The notes: generated by a model not told the origin, from the letters alone. 64,000 bases of DNA from Octopus bimaculoides (GCF_001194135.2 NC_069003.1:1028801-1092800); one strand, 5' to 3'; positions 38,100 to 51,598 are shown, numbered from the stretch's first letter. Numbers and translations: made by a program.

Positions 38100-38305
38100 T
38101 GCCTGTTGTCATCCCCATCATCGCTTGAAAACCGGTGTTCCGTATGTTTACATTCCCGTAAAGTAGCAGTTCGGCAAAAGTAACCGATAAAATAAGTACT
38201 AGGCTTACAAAGTATAATCGTGACATCGATTTCTTCGACTGAAGGTAGTGCTCCAGCATGGCCGCACTCAAATCACAGAAACAAGTAAAAAGAATAAAAA
38301 AGAAT
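37978..38305 (+). mobile_element. SINE family A (5' end lost in gap) with internal TA/TG microsatellite and full tail
   Basis: TCGGGCCGACCAGAGCCTTCTGAGTGGATTTGGTAGACGGAAACCGAAAGAAGCCC-(TA)(TG)n-...ACCGATAAAATAAGTACTAGGCTTACAAAG...GGTAGTGCTCCAGCATGGCCGCACTCAAATCACAGAAACAAGTAAAAAGAATAAAA. Confidence 0.88.
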
Positions 38306-39227
38306 ACAGATATGTATGTATGTATGTATGTATATATATATATATATATATATACTGTATATCCTCTCGTATCTAAAGACATAACGTGGGGGATATTTAT
38401 GATGTCCACTGAAGAATATACGAATAGTTCCATGACAAAACTGACAGCAGAATGGGTAATCATTTAAGAAAAACACGGTGCTTAGTAATGACGCACACAC
38501 GACAATTTGAAATATGTCTATCCATACTGACAGGGTTGTCCGATGAAGCTACAAGTCGCGGATTACAAAATTGTTTTCTTTTTTACAACTAACGGTGTGT
38601 AAAAATGTCGTTACTTGCTACTTTGAAATTTTAATGTTTAGGGATTAGAATTTTATTGAATAACCTGAAATTGTCGAGTAATTCATTTTATTTTGTTTTT
38701 TTTTCATATAAAAACCGTTTATTTTTTTAAAGCTTAATGCTTTAGTTTCTGAAAGTGATCTGGTAAATTTATACAGACAAGGAAATCGCTCATCTATTAC
38801 TGTCAAACACTGGAATATATACTCATACACACTGATAAATTTCTAAATTTCTTCTAAATGGTAAAAAGAAGACTTGCCTCAGCACATTACATAAATTGTA
38901 AAGACCTTCATCGAAATGGAACCGAAATTTTTGAGTAAAAGCACTTCTAATGGTAATAGGTTTGATAACAAAATAATAATGATAATAATCAAAACGAAGA
39001 AATTAAAAAAATTGTAAAATGCATTTCAAGGCCTCTTGAACATAGTCGTACCGTTTATGAAAGAAATTCCTCTCGGTGTCGCGTAATATTTGCAAAGCAA
39101 TTTTTTTATATGAAATGAAAAATACAAAAAAAACAAAACAAACAAAAAAAACCCCAGAAATTTTATTTTCTGGACTTCTCAAACTACAAGAATTCACTTT
39201 CCGCATATAAGCAACAATACTGATTTC

Positions 39228-39437
39228 AAATTTTGGCAGTAGGCCAGCAATTTGAGGAGAAGGTATATATTGATTATATCGACCACCAATACTCAACTGA
39301 TGCTTGTTTTATCGACTTTGAAAGGATAAAACGCAAAAACGGACGTCGGTGGGATTTGAACCTAGAAAGTAAAGAGAAACTAAATGTCGCTAAACAGTTT
39401 GTCCGGCGTATTAAAAATACTGCGAGTTGGCCGCCTG
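39228..39437 (-). mobile_element. SINE family B
   Basis: Reverse complement GGCGGCCAACTCGCAG...ATACGCCGGACAAACTGTTTAGCGACATTT...GGTTCAAATCCCACCGACGTCC...TTTATCCTTTCAAAGTCGATAAAACAAGCATCAGTTGAGTATTGGTGGTCGATATAATC. Confidence 0.78.
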
Positions 39438-39861
39438 GGAAAAGCTATATCTTCTCTGATTTTTATTTAATCTGGCTCGTGTCACCATTTCAAACTCATA
39501 AAATAATTTTAATAATATAACAGGTCTGTACACATGTGTCTTGGTTACCGACAGTATTTACAAGAATTCAAAAGTATAGTGTTACGATAGAATTGCCTCT
39601 GTCTATTAAGAGAATCGCGAATGCAGCGTAGAAAATGTCCTGCTGTTGGTATTCTCACTCTGTAGGCTTTGAATTCGTTTCACGGTATACTCAGCCTCAT
39701 CTATAATTTTTCTAGCCTCGATAAAATATTGCTCAATTATAATTTAATCGAGAATTAGTCTGTGAGAATATGTAAAGGCCGAACACGATGCAGGACAACC
39801 CAAACATCTTGTTAAAGAACATACCGATTAGAGTGCATTCCTTTCATATCGGTATTATTAT

Positions 39862-40205
39862 TGTTGGCACTCGGTCGGTTACGACGTCGAGGGTTCCAGT
39901 TGATCCGATCAACAGAACAGCCTGCTCGTGAAATTAACGTGCAATTGGCTGAGCACTCCACAGACACCTCTACTCTTAACGTAGTTCTCGGGGATATTCA
40001 GCGTGACACAGTGTGACAAGGCTGGCCCTTTGAATTACAGGCACAACAGAAACAGGAAGAAAGAGTGAGAGAAAGTTGTGGTGAAGGAGTACAGCAGGGT
40101 TCGCCACCATTCCCTGCCGGAGCCTCGTGGAGCTTTAGGTGTTTTCGCTCAATAAACACCCACAATGCCTGGTCTGGGAATCGAAACCACGATCCTATGA
40201 CCGGT
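39862..40205 (-). mobile_element. tRNA-derived SINE, family D (distinct 5' half, family C 3' module)
   Basis: B box GGTTTCGATTCCC, unique middle CACCTAAAGCTCCACGAGGCTCCGGCAGGG, then a module aligning to 6935-7049 and a tail GCTGTTCTGTTGATCGGATCAACTGGAACCCTCGACGTCGTAACCGACCGAGTGCCAAC. Confidence 0.82.
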
Positions 40206-40862
40206 ATTATATAACTGTAACATTCTACACACTCACACACACACACACACACACATATACATATAATACATGCATGTGTATACATGCATACATAAATACA
40301 TGCACATATATATGCATATATATACATACACATATATTTAAATACATCTGTATGTATGTATGTATGCACGTGTGTGCATGTGCTTATACACATAAGCATA
40401 TATCAATTATATACGCATATGTATATAGATGTGGGTGTGTATGTGCGTCTGTATTTATATCTATATATATGTGACCCAGTTGGGAGAGATATGTAGGAAA
40501 AACGAAAAGAAAAAAAAGTCGGAAGAACATAGGAGATAAACACAGCGTAGGATTATGGTTGACATGAGCAACAGCCACAACAACAACCACAACAACACAA
40601 ACAGGCTCCACGCAACAGTTATGAAATGCTGAGATATGGCATCAGATGTAAATGTAATTTATACAATATGCCATGGAAGAAATTTCGGTAGAAAACGCAC
40701 AAAGATCTATTAGCATTCACACGCACACACATACACATTGTATACAGACACGCATCGAGATATATACCCACGAACACACGTATGTGTATATATGTTTATT
40801 TATTTGTATCTTGCTTTCTCTCTCTCTGTGTGTCTCTCTCTCTGTCTCTCTGTCTGTCTGTT

Positions 40863-40919
<57 letters not shown>

Positions 40920-41140
40920 TATGTATGTAGTATGTATGTATGTGAATATATATGAGTGTGTGAATGTGTGAGGGCGCGCGTGCGAAAATTTTCAGTTCAC
41001 ACAGCGAGTAGGCAAAGTTCCTTAAAAGGACTCTACATTGGCAAAAACTGTAGAACATTTACAGATTTTATGAGTTAGCAAATGAACGGTGCCCGAGTTC
41101 GAGTTGCATGCACGTGTATATATGTATGCATATATATATA

Positions 41141-41312
41141 TAATTAACATAATAGGGTAAAAAATTAATATCAATTTACTACACAGGTACTATAATCCTT
41201 TTGAGATCTCAGAAATTTTTTTCTGAATCTTCTGATTGTTTTAATGTGCTAGTTTCCTGGTATTAAATTGATATTAATTAATATCAAATTTTTTACCCTA
41301 TTATGTTAATTA
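41141..41312. mobile_element. MITE-like / foldback element (172 bp) with perfect 26-bp terminal inverted repeats
   Basis: 41141-41166 TAATTAACATAATAGGGTAAAAAATT is the exact reverse complement of 41287-41312; the inverted match continues imperfectly inward. Confidence 0.7.
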
Positions 41313-41704
41313 ACCATAATCACGTTTCTCAAAGTTGGTAAATTCAATACAGAAATTATTTACTGCGGAGATATTTTCGGATTTAACGCGCCAAAACTAA
41401 GACTTTTGAATTTTACTCTTTATAAGTAATAGAATCCCGTGCACATGTTTTCATTTGTTGGAGGCAACTAGCATGAGGTTCTTTTGGATTACAATCGTTA
41501 TGGAAGTCTGTACTGAGGAAAAACAGATACTTTCGTTGACAAAGTGTTGATTTTGAAACCATGCTCTACAGATAACCGAGGTATTTATAATTTTCACTAG
41601 TCTCGCCCGCCTGTTTTTGCTCCGATGAATTTTCTTTGAGAATTTTTTAAGTGACCTTCTTCTAGCACATTAGCAGTCCACTTAGTGGTCTCTTTTATAT
41701 ACAC

Positions 41705-41777
<73 letters not shown>

Positions 41778-42197
41778 TTTATGTATATTAGTTTATGTAT
41801 ATATTAATATTATCTCAGTTATTAAAACTTTCGATAATTTAAATACGTTAATAGTTACCAGAGGTAGCAAAATTACACTAAAAAACAAGATATCACGACC
41901 GTTTTACAGGAAGATATGCCAAGTTAAAGTGATACATTTTGAGAAGATATGGATAATAATAAATGGAGCAAAACACATGTCAATAAAAGGAACTTTTTTT
42001 GACATGCGTTTTGCTCATTTATTATTATATATATAGTTGGGCGGATGTATATAGGCACGTATATGTATGTACTTGTGTATAAACGCACTTAAACACGTAT
42101 CCCGAAGTATACATATACTCACACTATACACACGTACATATATCGTCACACTAGACACACGTACATATATACACACATGTATATTGTAAAATATACT

Positions 42198-42318
42198 TTT
42201 CTACTCTAGGTGCAAGGGAGTCACTCGATTAAATCCACACCAGTACGCAAATGGTACTTAATTTATCGATCTCGAAAGGAAGAAAGGCAAAGACTCCTTC
42301 GGCGGAATTTGAACTCGG
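42198..42318 (-). mobile_element. SINE family B fragment
   Basis: GTACTTAATTTATCGATCTCGAAGGAAGAAAGGCAAAGACTCCTTCGGCGGAATTTGAACTC is the reverse complement of the family B core. Confidence 0.78.
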
Positions 42319-42565
42319 CACTCCATATATCAACTCTATTCAGAAGTGGACTTTTAGAAGCGGAGTCGACAAAGAGTGAAACCCATGATTTTGCTTTTTT
42401 CTGTGCTCGAAATGATTGAAATAACAAGAAACTTATATACGATTGTCAAGCGAAGTCAACAGGCAGTATCAAGTACGCTAAATGTTGAAGTCGACGCATT
42501 TCTACTGCGATACATTTAAAGCACCAAACGTGAACGCAACGCTTCAGTGATATGCGTTCGTGTGT

Positions 42566-42785
42566 GAAGGCGGTGAGCTGGCAGAAACGGTAGCAAGCCG
42601 GGGGAGGTGCTAAGCTGCATGTCTTCTATCTTCAAGTTCTGGGTTCAAATTCCGCCGAGGGCCGCTTTGCCTTTCATTCTTTAGGGACCGATAAAATGAA
42701 CATTGGTTCAGCACCGGGTTCGTTGTAATCGACTTACCCCCTCCCCCAAGCTAGTTGGCATTGTGCTAAATATTCAATCCAATAC
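42566..42785 (+). mobile_element. SINE family B, near full length
   Basis: GAAGGCGGTGAGCTGGCAGAAACGGTAGCAAGCCGG...GGGTTCAAATTCCGCCGAGG..GCCTTTCATTCTTTAGGGACCGATAAAATGAAC...GTAATCGACTTACCCCCTCCCCCAAG. Confidence 0.85.
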
Positions 42786-43629
42786 CTCTGTTTGTGTGTA
42801 TTTGTGTGAATGTGCGTTGTGTATATGTGCATGCACGCGGGTGTGCATGTGTGAGTATGTGTGTATGTGTGAGTGTGTGCATGTATATAGATCTAGTGAG
42901 TTAAACACTCATTTATATCTACATATATACGCATACATACACGTATATGTGTGTGTAAGCACACACGCACACAGATATTTATATAAACGTACTGGCATGG
43001 ATGCGTATATACGTACATATATACATCGACGCATGCATAGTGTACGTTTGTGCTTGTGTGTACGCGTAACGAGAGAGAGAGAGAGATCACGACAAAGAGA
43101 TTTCCACAAAAAAAAAAACAATTAAATTAAATTAAATAAAAAAAGACAATATGTAATATGTCAAACGAGAAGACCTGTGAACACATGACACAACAAAACA
43201 TACATTGTGAATGTGTCAGAAATGAGTTCAATTCGTAATGACAGATGTAACAATACGAAAAAAAAAAAAACAGCAACTAAGAAGCGAAAAGAAGACAATA
43301 AAATAACAAAGAACACAAACTATTGAACAGAAAAATAATTAAGAAAGATAACATTGACAAGAATACACAGCGACAACAATAAGAACAACATGAATAAGAT
43401 AAGGTAAGGGAGAAGATAGGAGAAAAGTTTAGAGATGATAGGAATAAGATTTCACATGGTTGTCTTCCGATATTGGAGGAGAGAAGGAGAGAGAGAGAGA
43501 GAGAAAGGGTAAGCGAGATTTAAAACAAGAACAAAGAACAAGAGAAAATCAAGCTGAATGAACCATGGAAAGTGAAGAAAACACACGAATGCGTACACAT
43601 ATACAGGACAAGGCTAATGAAAAAAATAA

Positions 43630-43701
<72 letters not shown>

Positions 43702-43833
43702 AGAGTGAGGGAGAGAGTGGTTGTGTGCATGAGAGTGAGGGAGACAGGTGAACTGTGTAAGTATGTGCATATCTATGAATGTGTCTGAAATACAAGGTCA
43801 CCGTTATGTGTGTAGGTTAGAATATATCTCTGT

Positions 43834-43875
<42 letters not shown>

Positions 43876-44343
43876 GTAACTATGTTTGTGAATAGGTTTA
43901 TGATGCATACATCCACGTATGCATATACATATCAACAATCACACACACACACACATCTGTTTCCTTGCATACATACATACATACTCAAACACACGTGTAC
44001 CTATGCGCATGCTCGCTGGTGTTTGCATGAAGGTCGATAACTGCGGGTATGTTTACATTATGTCAGATTAAATAACAACACAAACGACAATAAAAACCAC
44101 AACATCAACAACAACAACGAAGAAGATTTTTATGTATGGACACAAAGTTAGACGGAATCAAATATTTCTGTAAAATACGTATGTGTGTGTGTGAGGGTTT
44201 GTAGGCGTGTGTGGGTGTTTGTGAGGGTGTGTGAGTGTGTGTGAGTGTCTGAGTGTGTTTGTGTGTTTATGTGTGTGTGTCGTTTTGTGGACACTTGTTC
44301 GTATGATTATGAATATATATCATGTACATCACAGATATATATA

Positions 44344-44391
<48 letters not shown>

Positions 44392-45121
44392 CACACACAC
44401 ATAGATACACAAGTACACACAAATATACAAACGTATGTACACACACATATGTCGGCATGCATAAGCAAACGCATGTGGTTATATATATATATATATATAG
44501 AAAGATGGTGGAAAATAACACGTTTGTAAATATGTTTTCAAGAGCGTGTGTGTGTGTGTAACTCCACACACATACACATACACACACATAGACACATACA
44601 CAAACATAGACACATACACACACGTACAAACACATGCTCATGCACACATACAAGCACACACATCTACATTCATGTACATATATGTACACAAACACATGTG
44701 TCGCGAATGAGATAGAGAGAGGAGAGATATAGAAGGAGTGAGAAGGATTGAGAGAGAGCGAGAGAGAGAGTGAGAGTGCGGCAGGGAAGAGAGCANNNNN
44801 NNNNNNNNNNNNNNNNNNNNNNNNNNNNNNNNNNNNNNNNNNNNNNNNNNNNNNNNNNNNNNNNNNNNNNNNNNNNNNNNNNNNNNNNNNNNNNNNNNNN
44901 NNNNNNNNNNNNNNNNNNNNNNNNNNNNNNNNNNNNNNNNNNNNNNNNNNNNNNNNNNNNNNNNNNNNNNNNNNNNNNNNNNNNNNNNNNNNNNNNNNNN
45001 NNNNNNNNNNNNNNNNNNNNNNNNNNNNNNNNNNNNNNNNNNNNNNNNNNNNNNNNNNNNNNNNNNNNNNNNNNNNNNNNNNNNNNNNNNNNNNNNNNNN
45101 NNNNNNNNNNNNNNNNNNNNN

Positions 45122-45241
45122 ATATATACTTGTTTAATCAGGGAATATAATTTAAATATATATATATATATACTTGTTTAATCAGGGAATATAATTTAAA
45201 TATATATATATATATACTTGTTTAATCAGGGAATATAATTT
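45122..45241. repeat. 44-bp tandem repeat, about 2.6 copies, abutting an assembly gap
   Basis: Unit TACTTGTTTAATCAGGGAATATAATTTAAATATATATATATATA starts at 45127, 45171 and 45215. Confidence 0.85.
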
Positions 45242-45543
45242 CGAATGTGAGGACGAGAAAATATCTTCGGTAAACATAAGAAATTCTAACCAGATAAGAT
45301 TAGAACACGCAACAACCTTATCTGTCTTGTGTTAGCATTAGATGGGTGACAAGAAATTGTGTGTATATGTGTATGTATGTATGTATGTAATAGCCACATA
45401 CGTTTGTATACACACATACGTATATATTTATGCATGTGTGTGTATATATATATATATATATATCTATACACCTAAATATATGTGTGCGTATATATATATA
45501 TAGGTATATATGTATACATATGATATATGATTTGTGTATGTAT

Positions 45544-45584
<41 letters not shown>

Positions 45585-45746
45585 AGAGAGAGTGTGTGTT
45601 AATCTAATATATTTAAATTGACTTTCGATGTTTATTCTTTTTTTTTTATTTGGTCACGGATTTATACGTGTGCGTCTTTGATTGTGCGTGTGTGTGTGTG
45701 TGTGTACCTACGAGTGTGTGTGTGCGCGTGTGTATTTACATGCGTG

Positions 45747-45787
<41 letters not shown>

Positions 45788-47612
45788 CTGTACTACTAGT
45801 ATTAGACAATAAGTTTATTTCCGCAACTCGTTTCTTCTTCCTCACTCGCTCACCGCGATCCCTTCTACGCTATTCTGAACGGAAGACTCTTCTAATTTAG
45901 TATGTCAACTCCCATAAATCAACCATTTTTGAAAATATTTTTTTATGTGATTTTTTTTCTTTTTCGTTTTGTTTCCAACTTTATCTCCACGTTACTTTGC
46001 GATAACGGATGTTAAGGTTAACAAATAGAAACCTTCGATGAAATTCTAATCACTGCTGTCATCTCCCGGTTCTCCCAGGAAAACAAGGACGCCGCATTTG
46101 GGATTTCGTTTTGATAACGAATGAAACATTCACTGTAGAGAACCACTGTGGTTCACAACATTAGATATTCTTTGCTGTTTGATATTTTCCTTTTTGTATA
46201 GCCCTGGGTCATCCATGATTGAGTTAAGTACATGAAATGAATCTAGAAATGAATCTAGAATGTGGGATCCGCGTAGCTCCCGATTCATCTTTCAAGGAAC
46301 TGGGCGTTTGAATGCCCCGTAAATATCAGTAATGGCATCGTGATTTTCTGTCACTAAGGGCCAAGTCCTTGAAAGCTATTCTTGTTTGTTTTCTCCCAAG
46401 AAAAGACCTGGGGCTATACATTGTGGAACATGCGCGGTAGATATGGAAAATTATAACATAGAAGCCCGAGGCATGTTTCTATGTATTGCCTCGTATTTAT
46501 GTGTTAACACTGGCTTTCCTGCTGATGATAGCTGGCCTAGCAAATTATTTTATTTTGTTGAAAATAGCTTGAAACTTTGGTTCAGGAAATAAATGGTAAA
46601 TGTTTTTATTTTTCATTCTCTTTCGAAATTATCCTTACTTGTGGTTTGGAGTTTGACTGCTCCTTCTAGCAGGTTAGATGTCCTATTATGGACATCTCTC
46701 TTATGTGTTTAAATGTACACTGTATGTATTTATATCTATCTATCTATTTATCTATCTATGTATATGTGCATACTGCATACATGGTTAGATATATATATAT
46801 ATATATACATGGACACACACATATGCATATGCATATACACACACACAAACTGACACACTTGCACATCAGCAGCAATAACATCGACACAAACATCTGCAAC
46901 ATCTATATTCTTATCATCGTCGCTAAAGACAAGAAGGCTAGAAAAGAAACAAAAACAAAGAGCAAATAAAATAAAACAAAACAATAGCATTTGTCTCAAA
47001 CAAGAAGACGAATATCGGGAGAAAAGTAAAGTACTGACAGATTGCAGGATAAATAGAGGAATATTGGTAACTTGGAAAATGTTTGTTACAAGAATAGAGA
47101 ATTTGTTCTATCTTTCCTATTCGAAATAAACATTAAAGAATTCAATCAGAAGAATTATGTTTTTGTTTGAAGAATTACTTCGAAATATCGAGTGTATGTC
47201 TGCAAAATGATTAAAAATTCTAGACGTTATATTGAAATATTGATATAAGTGTATGGACATTCTATATGTTGGAATAGAAATAGTCTTATACTTATTTATT
47301 TATAAATGTGTATGTGTGTATATATATGCGTATTTAGAAATGTATATGCGTATTAGATATGTGTGCGTAGGTATGAATTAAGATAGTTTTATGTACGTCT
47401 AAATATATATTGTCAAGAAATTACTAACTGTAAATAACAAGCCGTTCTATGTTTACCTATATACATACACGCACACATACAAGTATATTTCTGTGTGTCA
47501 GTGTGTCTTTGTGTGTGCGTATATGTGTATGTGCTAGTGTTTGTATGCATTCAACATATGTATATATGCATACACATATATGCATATACATATTCAAACA
47601 CATGTAAACGTG

Positions 47613-47648
<36 letters not shown>

Positions 47649-48605
47649 TGCGTTTACATATATATATGTATATATATTAGATAGATAGATAGATATGCCC
47701 ATATGCAAATGTATGTTTGTTTGTACGTATGTATGTACGTATGCGACTGAGTTTGTTGCTTAACCTGTATTCGAAGTTTCCACATATTTCTGGTTACAAG
47801 AATTATTTTATCGCATTTTATTTAATTTTGAAATATTTATTCTTTCTCAAATTTTAATTAAAAGACAAAAGCAAGTATTTGAAAATATTACTTATCCTCT
47901 GAAATTCCAATATTCCAATGGAATATTGACGGAACTCTCTAGAACAATCAGGAAATTTCACATCTATAAATTAGTTTGCTACATGTTCACCAACTGATCT
48001 AGCTATATTTCTGCGCGTTCTTTTAATCTTGCACTTGATCTAGTATAACTTAGTACTGCCTTATATGTATGCATGTATGTATCTATCTATGTATGGACGT
48101 ATGCAGGTATGCATATATATATATATANNNNNNNNNNNNNNNNNNNNNNNNNNNNNNNNNNNNNNNNNNNNNNNNNNNNNNNNNNNNNNNNNNNNNNNNN
48201 NNNNNNNNNNNNNNNNNNNNNNNNNNNNNNNNNNNNNNNNNNNNNNNNNNNNNNNNNNNNNNNNNNNNNNNNNNNNNNNNNNNNNNNNNNNNNNNNNNNN
48301 NNNNNNNNNNNNNNNNNNNNNNNNNNNNNNNNNNNNNNNNNNNNNNNNNNNNNNNNNNNNNNCTGTATTATAATTTTATATATATATATATATATTGCAT
48401 AGTATAGCTTTCATCAAGCGTCGTGTCCTCACTTTTTTAACTCCCAACAACACGTTATAAAAAGATGATAAAATATATCGATGGTCCATAATAGTTGATA
48501 CTTACGTTTGTTAGTTAACGACAACTTTTTTCGAATGATTTCTTAAAAAGAGGTCTTAGCTCTCAAATACTGAAGTACCAGATAAAAGTACTAAACCTGA
48601 AAGGT

Positions 48606-48642
<37 letters not shown>

Positions 48643-50503
48643 TATATAATGTTCTTTCACCCGAACATAATGCTTTTATTCTGTCACTAATGCCTTTATA
48701 TATATATATATATATAGTTATCATAATCGTGTGTGTTCGTAACATATATGAATCTTCTTATGTGTGTGAGTGTATATAATCTATTATCTAATTGTGTGTG
48801 AGTGTATATTATCTAGAACGATATCTGTCATGTTATCAGCCATTTCGCTGCTTGAAAGCGTTTCCTTTACCAAATGAATAAATCTGTATAATTCAATGTT
48901 TGAAACGGTTAAAGAGAAGGGACTCTGAAGACCGTCAGAAAGAAGGAAGGTCTTGTTAGAAAGGATGGTTTAAGAAAATAGCCAAGGAAGTCAACGTGGT
49001 TTTGGCGGTGGTAGAAAGGAAATGTATGAATAAATTTGTAGTGTGAGGTTAGTTTTAATTAAAGGCTTGCTGTCACAGATGAGAGAATAAAAACAAAGGA
49101 GGAGGAGGGTGATGGATTGTAGGGGAATGGAAAGTGTGGAAGCGTGCTAATTAAACAACATTGACTGTCACCTCCTCTCGTTCATATATTCGCGCGAGCG
49201 TCGTAGATTTTTAAAAAAGTGAAATTAATTTGAAATTTAAATTACTGAATTCGATTCGTAGTTAGGATTTATAATATGCTAAATGTTGTTTACGATAATT
49301 TAACATATCAGAAAAATACTGTTACACATTAATGGAGTTATATAAATATTTAATGATTGTTTGTACTAAGGCAGTTAAGAATCTATATTAGCTTTGAAAA
49401 GGAAAGGTAATTCAAGCAATGCCAAAAGGTTTCGTAAATTACGGGAGCAGATTTAGTTTGATTAAAAATTATAAACAAATATTTCGAAAATTCCAGCATG
49501 GCGTTAATTCATTTATCTATCAGTCAAATATCTGCTGCATTCAATTATTGAAAAGTGTTTAATAAACAATGTATTACATAAAGCAGAGGTGAGTGTATGT
49601 GGGGGAATGCAATTAATTTTCTTACAGATTATACGATATGGACAACTAGGAAAATGTCATAATTAAGAACGAAGGAATAATTGATAACTAATGAACGTGC
49701 AGTAAATGGGAAATTAGTGGAAGAAATATCTAAGCTCTGTGTTCGATATATATACATACAAACATAACAAACATTATTTATTTTCTCACTTTCTTTCTTC
49801 TGCTTGTTGCAGTTATTGCACTGCAGCCATGCTGGGGTACAGCCTTGTATGTATTCGCTTCCATATATTTGCAGTTTCGGATAAATTTCCATAAATAACA
49901 AATGGTTCACAATCAATGTGATCCTGTGCTAATTGACCCCGGGAAAGCCAGGATAATGTTTGTCGACGTATCATTTTAGAATAACTTTAAACGTCCGCAA
50001 GTGTGCATTGTATATATGTAAGAGTAATCTACCCAATGTTTCTGCTGTTCTGGCGGCGTCTCTGCTTTCGAAAATAAATTAATCATCTTATTTGTATCTT
50101 ACGATATGTGTGTGTGTGTGTGTGTGTTATCGACCACACGTAGTCAACATAAGAGCATCGCTTCTTCACCGGTTGGCTGCGAATAGCGCGGAGGGAATGA
50201 CTTCTTAAAACAGTTGGGTTTTAAATCACTTGAAAGCCATAGGCAGTCGTGGCAGCTTACCCCAAATCCCATTCAGGTGCGACGGTCATCGATGTTTCGC
50301 CATATTTGTGGCATATCAACATCTCGTGATTGAACCGAGTCCGGTCCTATCAATTAAAACTTCTTTCCAATGCATTGACACACACTCGCACACACAGACA
50401 CACTGACACATACACACATTCGCACACATGCTCACACGCACATACACATACACACATCTATATATAAATTATGTATTAACTTTGCTGGTTCATAGTGACT
50501 CAC

Positions 50504-50737
50504 CTGTTTATATTTTTGTTAGTGTTCACCATTTTTTGGGGGGTCGGAGAATCGAAATTTGGTTTTAGACAAAGGGTTTGCACAATACTGATACAATTTC
50601 TAGAGTTATTTGTATGCTGCACCGATTTGACTGTCCTTGTGTAAATTGTCCTGCTTGTAGGATATTTCAAAACATCATTCACAACTCTTACAAACTGATC
50701 TTTAATCCCCGAAATTCTTGAATCCTTCAGCCATAAT
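50504..50737 (-). CDS. Candidate internal coding exon of an unidentified host gene (weak)
   Basis: 234 nt (78 codons), stop-free in one frame (LWLKDSRISGIKDQFVRVVNDVLKYP...MVNTNKNIN), ending at a consensus donor CAG|GTGAGT. The acceptor (TTATAG|) has a poor pyrimidine tract and I recognise no protein homology. Confidence 0.15.
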
Positions 50738-51406
50738 CTATAACATCATATCGTTTCCGAAGTTAATACTAACTTACACCATTATAAATAGAAATGACTA
50801 TGCAATATTTATATAACTGGATTAATATTTAACTAAAGTTTCCTGGCATGTTTAATTATAGAAAACAACCTTTAGTGTAATGTGACTTTCAGCCACGAAT
50901 CGAGAAGATTAATTCAAATATGTAATTAACTTCAACCATTTAACTTTGGTTTACTTGTCGAATATGCGGACAAAAATAGATAAAATAGCCACTGGCCATC
51001 GATTCAACCCTCTCTATTCTCTTCCCATCAACTCTCTCATCTCTTCTTTTATATTCACATTTTCTCAATGTCCTGTTAATTACAGTATTTCTCTCCCTCC
51101 CATCTCTATCTATCTATCTAATTTACGCTTTCGACCACCTTAGTGGTAATTTCTACCATTGGTTGATCTCTTCTCTGTAATTAGTCAAGCAATTAAATTG
51201 TACAAATGTAGTCGTTTTCCAGTTGAACGACGAGCGTCGAGGGAAACTGATTGTAACACTCAAGATACGGATGTAAATATATTCGCAGTATATATTCCGT
51301 ATATTCTAAAACTATTGAGTTCTTCATAGCATTCTGAGTAAAACAATCAACCGATTACGTGTAGCTGAAATATACATGAACACACACACATACAACTATA
51401 TACCTA

Positions 51407-51454
<48 letters not shown>

Positions 51455-51457
<3 letters not shown>

Positions 51458-51598
51458 CGAGCTTCATTCAGTTTCTGTCTATCAAACCCACTCACAATGC
51501 TTTGGTAGTACCGAGTCTATAGAAGACACTTGTCGAAGGATTGAACCTAGAATCATGTGTTTGGAAGCAAGCTTCCACCACACAGCCACACCTGCGCC
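51455..51598 (-). mobile_element. SINE family A head
   Basis: Reverse complement GGCGCAGGTGTGGCTGTGTGGTGGAAGCTTGCTTCCAAACACATGATTCTAGGTTCAATCC...CAAGTGTCTTCTATAGAC...AAACTGAATGAAGCTCGTC followed by (TA)n. Confidence 0.85.

Noticed and set aside
38531-38545. CAGGGTTGTCCG resembling a Tc1-type TIR start
   Set aside because: I found no matching second TIR at a plausible distance.
45122-45241. Direct repeats as a possible CRISPR array
   Set aside because: Units are contiguous with no unique spacers, in a eukaryotic context with no cas genes.
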